Shown here: piece by piece, positions 1-8,865 of the stretch
How positions within the stretch are numbered: position 1 is the stretch's first letter
Layout: every line of letters starts with the position of its first letter
Virus genome (UHGV): UHGV-1353897
Reading direction: 5' to 3' (one strand)
DNA: 49,926 bases
Source of the DNA: a virus
Notes under the pieces: generated by a model
What the model saw: the letters and a program-made list of their open reading frames with translations, nothing else
What the model was told of the DNA's origin: nothing
The model's database searches: none
Program-made: the position numbers and the translations under genes

Positions 1-46
1 GGCGCATTGTCTGTACTTCTTTGGTCGTAAACATCAGAATCTCGAT

Positions 47-439
47 ATGGTATTCCCATCGGAACTACTTGAACGCTTCTCTGAAACCGAATTCCTGCTG
101 AAGCAAGCCGACGGAGTTGCTGTCAAATCTGGTGAAGTATTCAAATACCCGATAAATCTGGTGTCTGGGCATCTGCTGGTAGGGCGTGATCAGGTCGACC
201 TGGCGATTCATCCGGATATGGAGTATGATCAGAACTCCTGTCGTGCCATCCACAACTACGTAGGTGTCATTCTAGAAAACTTGTACTCAGCCATGGAAGA
301 AGTGATGGCAGCAGAACAACAGGAAGATGTGATTCGTCGTATCCGCGAAGATATCGAAGGGAAGGTGAAACAGGATGTTCTGGTGGGATATCTACCAGAG
401 CATTTCCCTGAAGTTCCAAACTTCTATCTGTCCAAATAA
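47..439 (+). CDS. hypothetical protein (possibly 5'-partial)
   Basis: 130-aa ORF; frame stays open upstream to the window edge; no recognisable motif; no clear SD before ATG at 47. Confidence 0.4.
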   Translation: MVFPSELLERFSETEFLLKQADGVAVKSGEVFKYPINLVSGHLLVGRDQVDLAIHPDMEYDQNSCRAIHNYVGVILENLYSAMEEVMAAEQQEDVIRRIREDIEGKVKQDVLVGYLPEHFPEVPNFYLSK

Positions 440-453
440 CTCCACTGTGAGAG

Positions 454-735
454 GTGTGTATGAAACGTTATCTGAAGCTGACGACTGTCCTTGAGTCGAT
501 CATAGAGTATTTCATCATGCAACACCTCCGCGCTGACAACATGCATTTAGACGGTTGCCTGACGTATGACCACAAGATCATTGTCCATTCTGTTGAAGTG
601 GTGGATGATGATCTGATGATTGCAAATGTAGAACACTGTCTGTTTGATGAGTCGGTTGATGCGTACTGCCAACCACGGTTCGCAAAAGTCGAGCTAACAA
701 ATTGTTGGCCACCGGAAATGGTTTTTCTATATTGA
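454..735 (+). CDS. hypothetical protein
   Basis: 93-aa ORF; GAGAGGTG Shine-Dalgarno-like sequence just upstream of ATG. Confidence 0.45.
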   Translation: MCMKRYLKLTTVLESIIEYFIMQHLRADNMHLDGCLTYDHKIIVHSVEVVDDDLMIANVEHCLFDESVDAYCQPRFAKVELTNCWPPEMVFLY

Positions 736-826
736 CGTAGAAAGTTAATATTCACGCAAGTTCGCGCTCCGCTTGGTCGCGCACCTTATAACACTAAGGT
801 GTTAACTTTCTTTTCAATAAAAAGTA

Positions 827-854
827 GTTTACATCTATGAAAATGCAGTATATT
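827..854 (+). promoter_or_regulatory. sigma70/T4-early-like promoter candidate
   Basis: GTTTAC (827-832), 16-nt spacer, TATATT (849-854); TTCAATAAA box at 814-822; lies in 190-nt intergenic gap upstream of CDS 925..1761. Confidence 0.4.
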
Positions 855-924
855 ATGTTCTCACTACACAGTCAGAACAACAATATGCCGCGGATACGGT
901 CTTAATAACGAAAGGGTTTTTATT

Positions 925-1761
925 ATGTCATATATTCTTCATGTGGATTCTGGAACCAAAATTGAAATTGAAGGCAAAGACGTTGCGGCTATCCAGGCTG
1001 AAATCAAAGAAGCAGGTCTGATCATCGGAAACGTTACCCTGCGCCGTATGGTTGAAGGTGTTCTTCAGGCTGCCAACGGCTTCGAACTGATTGAAGGTCT
1101 GAGCGCCGAAGAGAAGGAAGAAACTCAGCAGGCTCTGGCGCAAGCCCAAGAGCAAGCCCAAGCTGAAGTATCCCTGAAAGTCGCTGAAACCGTTGATGCT
1201 GAAGCACCGATCTCTGCCGATGCATGTGAAGCCCCAGTGTCCGACGCCCCGGTAGACGCGGTTGAAGATGCAGTCAACGCGGCGCTGGAAGAAGGCAATC
1301 AGCCGTCCGACGCGAAAATCGGCTCCTTGGCGTCTTCTATGTTGAAAGAAGCATCGAAGGGTAAGACCCTGACCCCACAGGCGGCGCTGGTAGAGCGTAA
1401 ACGCCGTCACACCAAACGTGAGGAAATGGTTGACGTGGCTCGCGCTTCTAATCACGGTCCGGTCTTGGCGGCGATTGAAGCTGGTGTTGTCCCCGGTGTG
1501 TTCCTGAGCTACGTGAACCCAGACATGCGTTGGTTCCAGTTCCCGGTCACCGAACTGGCTAACCCTGAAAACCTTCACGCCCGCACCAATACGTATGTCG
1601 ACGTTGCGCCTATCGTTTCCGGTGGCTGGGGCTTCAGTCTGTACGTGAACGGCAAGTCCTTCACCAAACGTCAGAAGATCAAAGAGTCTGATGCTGAGTC
1701 TCTGGTTAAGGCGATCAATGAATGGCTTCCACAGGCTCTGGCTGAAGCGAAAGCTGTGTAA
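925..1761 (+). CDS. hypothetical acidic protein
   Basis: 278-aa ORF with Ala/Glu-rich low-complexity central region; protein-like composition, whereas the antisense ORF 928..1578 is Arg/Phe-rich. Confidence 0.6.
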   Translation: MSYILHVDSGTKIEIEGKDVAAIQAEIKEAGLIIGNVTLRRMVEGVLQAANGFELIEGLSAEEKEETQQALAQAQEQAQAEVSLKVAETVDAEAPISADACEAPVSDAPVDAVEDAVNAALEEGNQPSDAKIGSLASSMLKEASKGKTLTPQAALVERKRRHTKREEMVDVARASNHGPVLAAIEAGVVPGVFLSYVNPDMRWFQFPVTELANPENLHARTNTYVDVAPIVSGGWGFSLYVNGKSFTKRQKIKESDAESLVKAINEWLPQALAEAKAV

Positions 1762-1779
1762 ATTTAAGTTCAGAAACTG

Positions 1780-1812
1780 TTCAATAGATGAAGGGGTTGC
1801 TATAATAGCAGC
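1780..1812 (+). promoter_or_regulatory. promoter candidate with -10 in palindrome
   Basis: GTTCAATAGA box, 12 nt, then TATAAT (1801-1806) embedded in palindrome GCTATAATAGC; 25 nt upstream of CDS start 1837. Confidence 0.35.
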
Positions 1813-1836
1813 TCCTTTTGTTTATCGGAGCAGTTT

Positions 1837-2496
1837 ATGTCCTACTCCCTGAAGGGGCTGATGAAGCGCCCCGTCCACACATTCTTTAAACCACCCGTCG
1901 TAAAGGGGATCTACCCAGCACGAGGGCAAATCTACTACGTCAAAGGCTCCAATGGTAGCGGTAAATCCACTGTGCCGTCTCAGCTGGCGGAGAGGGATCC
2001 TCAGGCGTATGTCGTGACCCATAACGGCAAGGTCATGCTGACTGTCTGTCCTTCGTTCAACGTGGTCTGTATCGGTAAATATGACAAGTCGAAGTCCAAG
2101 GGGGTTGATTCCCTGAAGGACACTGAGCAGATGTTGTTCGCGTTGTCTATTGCTGACCAACCAGAATACTTGAAATATGATGTGATTTTCGAAGGTATCA
2201 TTCCATCCACATTATTGAGTTCTTGGATCCCCCGTCTGACACGCCCACCACGTGAATTGGTTGTGCTCTTTATGGACACTCCTCTTGAAACGTGTATCGC
2301 CCGTGTTAAATCACGTAACGGCGGTGTGGACTTCAATGAAAGTCTGGTGGTTGAGAAGTGGGAGAGAGTTCATGACCATTGTCAACGACATAAAGACTTG
2401 TTCCCTACGGTGGCTGCGGGTATGATGAAGTCTCACGGCCTAACAGTAGACCAGGCTGTGATGGCATTCCTCTGTCGTGATTTTGGGAGTATCTGA
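1837..2496 (+). CDS. P-loop NTPase, kinase-like
   Basis: Walker A GSNGSGKST near N-terminus; GGAG SD before ATG; stop overlaps start codon of downstream TS-fold gene (TGATG), suggesting translational coupling. Confidence 0.6.
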   Translation: MSYSLKGLMKRPVHTFFKPPVVKGIYPARGQIYYVKGSNGSGKSTVPSQLAERDPQAYVVTHNGKVMLTVCPSFNVVCIGKYDKSKSKGVDSLKDTEQMLFALSIADQPEYLKYDVIFEGIIPSTLLSSWIPRLTRPPRELVVLFMDTPLETCIARVKSRNGGVDFNESLVVEKWERVHDHCQRHKDLFPTVAAGMMKSHGLTVDQAVMAFLCRDFGSI

Positions 2497-3542
2497 TGGA
2501 AATCAAAGCAATAAACAACAATGACATGCTGAAACAGGCTGTCTTGGCTATCCGTGAATTCGGGATCGAATCTGATCCTGGTAATGCTGAAATCAATACT
2601 GATAGCACCCGCTTCCTTGATGGCGTGACCATAACCGTCGCCGACATCCGTGACCGCTGGCTATCCGTTGAAGGTCGTAACTCATCGGCTATCGCTGCCA
2701 TCGGCGAGACCTTCTGGGTTCTGTCCGGGCGCGATGACGTTCGCTTCCTGTCCCGCGTGTTGCCCCGCGCCGCCAACTTTTCCGACAACGGCCACACATG
2801 GCGAGCCGCTTATGGTCCGCGTCTGTACGCCCATGGCCAGCTGGATAGCGTCATCAACCGCCTGCGCAAGAATCCAAACACTCGCCAGGCGTACCTCACC
2901 ATCTATGATCCGGCTCTGGATTCGGATGCTGGTCTGGCGAAGTTCAGCGAGAGCGGCGAAGCGAAGACTAAGGACATGGTGTGTAACCTGGCTCTGTTGT
3001 TCGCCATCGTTGAAGGTCGTCTGAACCTGACGGTTATCAATCGCTCACAGGATGTTCTGTGGGGTATGAGTTCAATCAACTTCATTGAGTTCTCTATTCT
3101 TCAGGAAGTGATTGCTCGGGTGTTGGATGTTGATGTCGGTCAGTACAAGCTATTCTCTAACAATCTTCATTACTACAACAATGAAGTCAGCCAGAAGCAG
3201 CTGGGCAAGATCACGAAGGACACCAAAGTAGAAGCTGGGTTCATCAACTCCATGATCCACTTCACGAACGTGACCAACCAGAACCATATCCGCGATCTGT
3301 TCACTGGCGTGCTTGTTCATTGTGACTTCGGTAGTCCTTGGGAAACTGTTGTTGCCTTCCTGAAGGAGTATGATGCGGATCGCGGTCTGATTGTGCAGAT
3401 GGCATACTGCCTGCACTGCAAATTGAATAACAAGCTCATTAACCTGGACCTGATTCAGGATCATGGATTGAACACCGCGCTCACCCATTCTCCGGTTGAC
3501 CGCAAGATCGTTGATCCTAAGTTCCTGGAAGGTGTAGTATGA
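2496..3542 (+). CDS. thymidylate synthase / pyrimidine hydroxymethylase superfamily enzyme (divergent)
   Basis: Core aligns to TS/dCMP-hydroxymethylase catalytic segment: Cys in MVCN, exactly 20 residues before RSQD (TS: PCH...RSxD), then GxxxxNF and LHYYNNE (TS GDxHxYxNH-like); 348 aa, longer than T4 td/gp42. Confidence 0.65.
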   Translation: MEIKAINNNDMLKQAVLAIREFGIESDPGNAEINTDSTRFLDGVTITVADIRDRWLSVEGRNSSAIAAIGETFWVLSGRDDVRFLSRVLPRAANFSDNGHTWRAAYGPRLYAHGQLDSVINRLRKNPNTRQAYLTIYDPALDSDAGLAKFSESGEAKTKDMVCNLALLFAIVEGRLNLTVINRSQDVLWGMSSINFIEFSILQEVIARVLDVDVGQYKLFSNNLHYYNNEVSQKQLGKITKDTKVEAGFINSMIHFTNVTNQNHIRDLFTGVLVHCDFGSPWETVVAFLKEYDADRGLIVQMAYCLHCKLNNKLINLDLIQDHGLNTALTHSPVDRKIVDPKFLEGVV

Positions 3543-4108
3543 TGTACCCAAATCTTGAATTCTTTACGGGGCGCAAGCGTTCCGGCAAGGACTTCTGTTT
3601 GGAGTCCCTCATCAGCTATCACCAACTACAGGGTGATATGGACATCCAGCGCCTTTCGTTCTCAGATGAACTGCGCCGGGTTGCCAACTTCATCTATCCA
3701 TGGCTGCCAGCGGAGGTAGAGGATGCCGTGAAGGACGTTCCTTACGTGCACCCTGATAACCCCAAGGGCTTAACTCCACGGCAGATCTGGCTTCATCTAG
3801 GCAGCGATACGGGCTTGCGTTACGTACAGCCTGATCTGTTCCTGGCATTCTTCAAGCGCTTCCAGCTTCCTTTGGTAGAGCAGAACCCCCACGTCCATTA
3901 TATCGTGAGCGATCTGCGTACCCCTCAGGAATATGAATGGGCGCTGAGTACGAAATGTCCTATCACCCGTATTTCAAAGGCCGACCGTGCTGGTATCATA
4001 GAGGACGATATAGAGGCTTTCATTGACCAAATGAAAGTGGACTACGAATTCCTCAATCCATTTGATGGTTGGGCACCGTTCGTTAAATTCTACGGAGAAC
4101 GTAAATGA
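3539..4108 (+). CDS. 1: deoxynucleoside monophosphate kinase (T4 gp1-like)
   Basis: N-terminal P-loop GRKRSGKD matches T4 gp1 GVKRSGKD; YIVSDLRTPQE resembles gp1 YYIVPDTRQDHE; ATGA overlap with upstream gene. Confidence 0.7.
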   Translation: MMYPNLEFFTGRKRSGKDFCLESLISYHQLQGDMDIQRLSFSDELRRVANFIYPWLPAEVEDAVKDVPYVHPDNPKGLTPRQIWLHLGSDTGLRYVQPDLFLAFFKRFQLPLVEQNPHVHYIVSDLRTPQEYEWALSTKCPITRISKADRAGIIEDDIEAFIDQMKVDYEFLNPFDGWAPFVKFYGERK

Positions 4109-4659
4109 TCACAGCAGGGCATATCCAAAGCCTGCTCGAACTCCAAAAGGCCACCAACGTGGCCTACTTTGGGGAAGAGTGGAAGAATGTATGGAGTCAG
4201 AATGCAGTCATCAACTCTATCTATCGTGAGTGGGCAGAGTTCCTTGATGAAACCACCCGTGACTGGAAGGTCTATGGCAACGACATCGGGTTTGACCATA
4301 CGAACGCAGTTTATGAACTGGTGGACGTGGTACACTTCATGTTGTGCTTCATCCTTGTGGACCGCACCAAAGGTGAGATCGAAGAAGAATTTGAAGTCCT
4401 TAGTAATCGCGAATTCACCCCGTGTGCTTTGGGTGTTGCAGGGCATCGCAATGTTACGTACCGCCTTGGGCAATTCATGAACGATCCTTGCGTTGAGACT
4501 CTCATGTTCTTCCTGTCGTCTGCGTGTTCTTATATGGAGATCGACATTGAGACTTACATACTGGCGCACAAACGCAAGAACGATCGCAATCGTCTACGTG
4601 CTTCTGGTGGCGCGGATTACGACAAGTCCGCAGAAACCCCTCTGACCCTGGAGTTCTAA
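4105..4659 (+). CDS. 56: all-alpha NTP pyrophosphatase (MazG-like; T4 gp56 dCTPase/dUTPase-like)
   Basis: EWAEFLDET and ELVDVVHFMLCF motifs typical of MazG/dimeric-dUTPase fold and reminiscent of T4 gp56 (recalled from memory, not searched). Confidence 0.55.
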   Translation: MITAGHIQSLLELQKATNVAYFGEEWKNVWSQNAVINSIYREWAEFLDETTRDWKVYGNDIGFDHTNAVYELVDVVHFMLCFILVDRTKGEIEEEFEVLSNREFTPCALGVAGHRNVTYRLGQFMNDPCVETLMFFLSSACSYMEIDIETYILAHKRKNDRNRLRASGGADYDKSAETPLTLEF

Positions 4660-5201
4660 TGTTTACAGTCGTCGTTTCATACCATGCGGAGAACGCTGCT
4701 CAGGCATCCTCCAAATTCGCCGAGCACATCATCGGCGGCGGACATAATGTATTCTTTACCGAATACACCAGGCCTGTTAAACCGGGCGACGGTCTTTCGG
4801 CGACTGTTACGCATAAGATCGCCAGCGAGCAACCAGAGTCTCTGTTCAGGATGATCGAAGAGTATGCCGGTGGTGGCACCAAGATACCAGATGAACTGGT
4901 AGACGTCTATTTTGAAGGCTCGATCTATTACATCCACGCTATGCCAAAGGATATAACCATTGAACAGATGATGTATATCCTGAATATAGCACTGAACACT
5001 GCGTGCATCAACCGCACGAACTACAACAATCTGCGCAATATGTACCTAACCGACCGGCATAATGACGCATCGTCACTTGTTGAGACAATGTCCCTGAAGA
5101 GCATCCAAGAGGCGGTTAACATTTTGTCCCAGAAGGTTATGGGTGTAGACTTACTAACGACGATTAACAACAAAGAGGAAGTGAAATGGCCAGTTCATTA
5201 A
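4659..5201 (+). CDS. hypothetical protein
   Basis: 180-aa ORF in tightly packed operon between the dCTPase-like gene and uvsX. Confidence 0.5.
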   Translation: MFTVVVSYHAENAAQASSKFAEHIIGGGHNVFFTEYTRPVKPGDGLSATVTHKIASEQPESLFRMIEEYAGGGTKIPDELVDVYFEGSIYYIHAMPKDITIEQMMYILNIALNTACINRTNYNNLRNMYLTDRHNDASSLVETMSLKSIQEAVNILSQKVMGVDLLTTINNKEEVKWPVH

Positions 5202-6271
5202 TGGACCGCATGCTGAAGGTTGCTAAGAAACACGATGACCAGGCTTCAGTGCTGTCCCAATCAGACGCTCTGGAACCGTCTATCATCTGTTCTACTGGTA
5301 TTCCCCTGATCGACATCGCATGGTCTGGGCGTATTGACGGCGGCCTGATCTCCGGTATCAAGATGATGGTGGGTGATTCCCGTACCTTCAAAACGATGTT
5401 CGGCCTGGTGGACGTCAAGGCGTACATGGACAAGTTCCCTGATGCTATCTGCGTCTTTGCGGACTCAGAAAAGGGTGCCAACGCCGATTACTGGACCTCT
5501 ATGGGCATTGACATGGACCGCGTCCTGTACGTACCGATCGACAACGTTGAACAGACCAAGATCCGCTTGCTGCAGATCCTACAGGAAGTCAAGAAAGGCG
5601 ACCATGTTATAATCTTCATCGACTCTATCAGCCAACTTCCCTCCACCAAGGAAGTTGAAGATGCGATCAAAGGGAACGACACTCAAGACATGACCCGCGC
5701 CCGTGCCCTTAACAGCTTCTGGCGTGTCATGACTCCCGAAATCAACAGCAAAAATCTCGTGTGTGTTTGGATCAACTCCTATTACGATGAGATCGGCAAC
5801 CAGTATGCCGAGCCCAACATCAAAGGCGGCAAGCAGGGCTTCTTATCCTCCAACTTGATCTGGTTTATCACCCGTTCTCAGGTGAAGGAAGACAAAGATC
5901 TGCTGGGCTGGAACTTCAACATAAGCATCATGAAAGGTCGCCATGTCAAAGAGAAAGCCAAGCTCCCTGTGACGGTACTGTACAACGGTGGTATTGATCG
6001 CTGGAGCGGCCTGCTTGAGATCGCTCGTGCTCTGGGTTATGTTGATATGCCGTCTTCCGGCTGGTATGTGCGTACAGCCAAGGGCGGCTTCGATCCTGAG
6101 AAGGAAAAGAAATATCAGAAGCGTCAGATGGGTGATGATTTCTGGTATCCGCTGCTGGAGAATGTCAACTTCGCCGATGACGTGAAGAAAATGTTCGGTG
6201 TTTCTAACGGTACTGTTATGCCTGCTAACATGCTGGAGCAAATGGACCATGTTATCAACACAAGCGAATAA
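5186..6271 (+). CDS. uvsX: UvsX RecA-like recombinase
   Basis: Extended similarity to T4 UvsX: Walker A GDSRTFKT (T4 GPSKSFKS), FPDAICVFADSE, IIFIDSISQL, DMTRARALNSFWRVMTP, KNLVCVWINS. Confidence 0.9.
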   Translation: MASSLMDRMLKVAKKHDDQASVLSQSDALEPSIICSTGIPLIDIAWSGRIDGGLISGIKMMVGDSRTFKTMFGLVDVKAYMDKFPDAICVFADSEKGANADYWTSMGIDMDRVLYVPIDNVEQTKIRLLQILQEVKKGDHVIIFIDSISQLPSTKEVEDAIKGNDTQDMTRARALNSFWRVMTPEINSKNLVCVWINSYYDEIGNQYAEPNIKGGKQGFLSSNLIWFITRSQVKEDKDLLGWNFNISIMKGRHVKEKAKLPVTVLYNGGIDRWSGLLEIARALGYVDMPSSGWYVRTAKGGFDPEKEKKYQKRQMGDDFWYPLLENVNFADDVKKMFGVSNGTVMPANMLEQMDHVINTSE

Positions 6272-6578
6272 CAGTGGAGGGGGAGGAGACTCCCCCAATA
6301 ACTACACAATCATCGACCCTGGTGCTGATCAGCTGGCGATCATCAAGATCACTTCTGGCAAATTCCGTGGTGTTCAATTCCGGTTCGGCAAGGTGGCCAT
6401 CAACGAAGTGGACGGCGAACCCCGCCTGTCTTTCGTGACTGATATATTGAAGAAACCATTGCGTCTGATGTTTGTGAATTTGAAAGAAAATGACTTGTTC
6501 ACTGAGGTGTCAGGGGATATCCTTGTAGACCTCATGCAGCGTAATGCTCAGGAATATAATAAATTTTTGGTGGGGTAG
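6249..6578 (+). CDS. hypothetical protein
   Basis: ORF track starts at GTG 6198; first ATG at 6249 overlaps uvsX end; Gly-rich N-terminus; sits between uvsX and the helicase gene. Confidence 0.4.
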   Translation: MLSTQANNSGGGGDSPNNYTIIDPGADQLAIIKITSGKFRGVQFRFGKVAINEVDGEPRLSFVTDILKKPLRLMFVNLKENDLFTEVSGDILVDLMQRNAQEYNKFLVG

Positions 6579-6584
6579 TGGCCA

Positions 6585-8009
6585 ATGTTACTCGAATCTG
6601 TCGTGCTTTCACAGTTGATTTACAATGAAGATTACCAAAGAAAGATCCTGCCGTACCTGAAAGCCGATTATTTTGACAACGAAGGCGAAAAGGTCATCTT
6701 TGGTCTGATTGACAGTTATACCTCAGAGTACAATGCCCGCCCGTCTGTCGAAGCACTATCTATCATTCTTGAACGGACAAAGCTGAACGAATATGTGTTT
6801 GACCAGGCGGTATCTGCCCTGGAGAACATCAACGACAACACCTTCAATGAAGAGTGGCTGGCGAAGGAAACCGAGGCTTGGGCGCGGCAAAAGGCCGTAC
6901 ACAACGCAATCAAGACCGCCGTTAACATCTACGGTGACGAGAAGCGCAAGGACGAGATGAACAACATCCCGACCATGTTGCAGGAAGCCCTGGCGATCCG
7001 GTTTGATTCATACCTCGGTCACATCTATTGGGAGATGGCGGCAGAGCAGTATGACCACATGAACTCCAACGAGGCCAAGATCCCGTTCGCAGTTGAGATA
7101 TTCAATAAGGCGACACGTGGTGGCGTTGGTAAGAAGACACTGAACATCGTAACAGGTGCGATCAACGCAGGTAAGACCACAACGCTGATTGACCTGACCG
7201 CAGGGTACTCGGAGCAGGGGCTGAACGTCTTTGTCTTCACCCTTGAAGTGGCCGAGAACGTCTGGCGACACCGTCTTGATGCCCGTATCATGCGACGCGA
7301 CTTTGAGTCTTTAGAGAAACTCACAAGGCACGAGTATATTGCAACGATAGAGAAGCTCCGCAGTCGCCAAGATGGTGCGCCCAAGGGTGATATCGTCATC
7401 AAGGAATATCCTTCTGGTACTGGACACACAGGTTTATTCCGCCGCGATATCCTTGAGTACATCCAGGCAACTGGTCGTGCTCCTGATGTTATCGTTATTG
7501 ACTATCTTGGCGAAGCTGCTTCCTCACGCCTGCCTGCCCACCTGATGCAGAACACGAACGTCTATTACACGTCTGTGGCTCGTGAGTTTCGTGCGCTGGG
7601 ATTTGAGTTTGATGTCCCTGTATGGACTGGTATGCAGTTCAATCGTGAGAATCAGAATAGCACTGATGGTGGAATCAGTGATTTGGCAGATGCTATCGGT
7701 ATTCCGAAGGTGGCCGACTTCATCATGGCATTCTATGCTCCTGACGAACTGGCGGCGGTCAAGAAAGCCCGAGCCTCAATACTCAAGAACCGTTATGCCA
7801 ACAAGCAGAAGCTGAAATCATTCCTGTTTGGTATGGACCAAGACAAACAGATCCTGTTTGACCTGGACTGGAACGAAGTTAAGAAGGACCTGACTGAGGC
7901 TGAGGCCAAATATGTCGAAAACGTACACATCAAACATGACCTCAACAAGTCCGGGGCTGCTGCCAGCGATGAGCAGAAAGCCCAAACAGTCAATAATTGG
8001 AAATTCTAG
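6585..8009 (+). CDS. 41: replicative DnaB-family DNA helicase (T4 gp41-like)
   Basis: 474 aa (T4 gp41 is about 475 aa); Walker A GAINAGKTT; RecA-like core; adjacent to uvsX as in T4. Confidence 0.85.
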   Translation: MLLESVVLSQLIYNEDYQRKILPYLKADYFDNEGEKVIFGLIDSYTSEYNARPSVEALSIILERTKLNEYVFDQAVSALENINDNTFNEEWLAKETEAWARQKAVHNAIKTAVNIYGDEKRKDEMNNIPTMLQEALAIRFDSYLGHIYWEMAAEQYDHMNSNEAKIPFAVEIFNKATRGGVGKKTLNIVTGAINAGKTTTLIDLTAGYSEQGLNVFVFTLEVAENVWRHRLDARIMRRDFESLEKLTRHEYIATIEKLRSRQDGAPKGDIVIKEYPSGTGHTGLFRRDILEYIQATGRAPDVIVIDYLGEAASSRLPAHLMQNTNVYYTSVAREFRALGFEFDVPVWTGMQFNRENQNSTDGGISDLADAIGIPKVADFIMAFYAPDELAAVKKARASILKNRYANKQKLKSFLFGMDQDKQILFDLDWNEVKKDLTEAEAKYVENVHIKHDLNKSGAAASDEQKAQTVNNWKF

Positions 8010-8013
8010 GTAA

Positions 8014-8047
8014 TTCAATAAAGCGGGTCATAGGGTATAATTCTATG
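8014..8047 (+). promoter_or_regulatory. promoter cassette (TTCAATAAA box + hairpin-embedded -10)
   Basis: TTCAATAAA at 8014-8022, TATAAT at 8036-8041 flanked by inverted repeat CATAG/CTATG; 27 nt upstream of CDS 8074. Confidence 0.4.
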
Positions 8048-8073
8048 ATCTGAATATAAACCAGGAGCACATC

Positions 8074-8409
8074 ATGTCACACAATGATTTTATGGCTGGC
8101 CTGGTGCAGGCCGCCAAACAGGTGTGCCACACCAAACAAGCGATTGAGCTGAGTCCGGAGCAGACTCTGGAGTTCTTCAACAATCGTAAAATCTGGGAGG
8201 AATATGGAATTGGTATGATATGCCAAGAGGGTGAACTCGTACATCTGGATCTGCCGTCATTCCCCCTTCCAGTGCGCACCAACACAGTGGAATGGTATAC
8301 GACGGAAGATGGTGTAGAGATCATCCCGAAGTTCCAGTATCACTCAATCGTAAACTTCTTTTTACGCCGTTGCGGGACTAATCTGATCCCACAAGGCATG
8401 AGATCTTAA
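8074..8409 (+). CDS. hypothetical protein
   Basis: 111-aa ORF; AGGAGCA SD-like sequence upstream. Confidence 0.5.
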   Translation: MSHNDFMAGLVQAAKQVCHTKQAIELSPEQTLEFFNNRKIWEEYGIGMICQEGELVHLDLPSFPLPVRTNTVEWYTTEDGVEIIPKFQYHSIVNFFLRRCGTNLIPQGMRS

Positions 8410-8424
8410 CAAGAGGAACACCAA

Positions 8425-8739
8425 ATGTCTGTAGAACAAATCGGTTTTTATGTACTACCATCTGATCCTGAATCCCGTCGCAAGCTGATAGGTGCAATTG
8501 AAAACTGTCGTGCCGCCCAGGTCCGCATCAAGTCGGAACAGACTTTCATTACTGAGACTCTGGCCGAGCTGGCGAAAGACACGGGTATCAAGGCCAGCGA
8601 CTTGCGCAAGGTTGTATCCGACCGCGCCAATGGAACTTACCATAAGACGATCGAAACGAGCGAGAAATATCAAGACTTATACGAGTCTCTATTCCCGAAC
8701 GCCAAGCCCGATCGAGATCCGAATGTCAGTGGCGAATAA
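8425..8739 (+). CDS. hypothetical protein
   Basis: 104-aa ORF; AGAGGAACA upstream of ATG. Confidence 0.5.
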   Translation: MSVEQIGFYVLPSDPESRRKLIGAIENCRAAQVRIKSEQTFITETLAELAKDTGIKASDLRKVVSDRANGTYHKTIETSEKYQDLYESLFPNAKPDRDPNVSGE

Positions 8740-8756
8740 GTCAATCGAACACCAAG

Positions 8757-8785
8757 AAGCCCAGTCAAGTACTGGGCTTTTAAAT
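8757..8785 (+). terminator. rho-independent terminator
   Basis: AAGCCCAGT-caagt-ACTGGGCTT hairpin followed by TTTTAAATT, directly after stop of CDS 8425..8739. Confidence 0.55.
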
Positions 8786-8865
8786 TCAAAAACTTTACTT
8801 TCAAGAAATAATCGCCTAATATTTAATCTGTATTGAAGAGTTACAACTACATCATGAGGCTGGAA

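Noticed and set aside
928-1578. 216-aa minus-strand ORF antisense to CDS 925..1761
   Set aside because: Arg/Phe/Gln-rich composition typical of a shadow ORF; the plus-strand frame has protein-like composition, an upstream promoter and an RBS.
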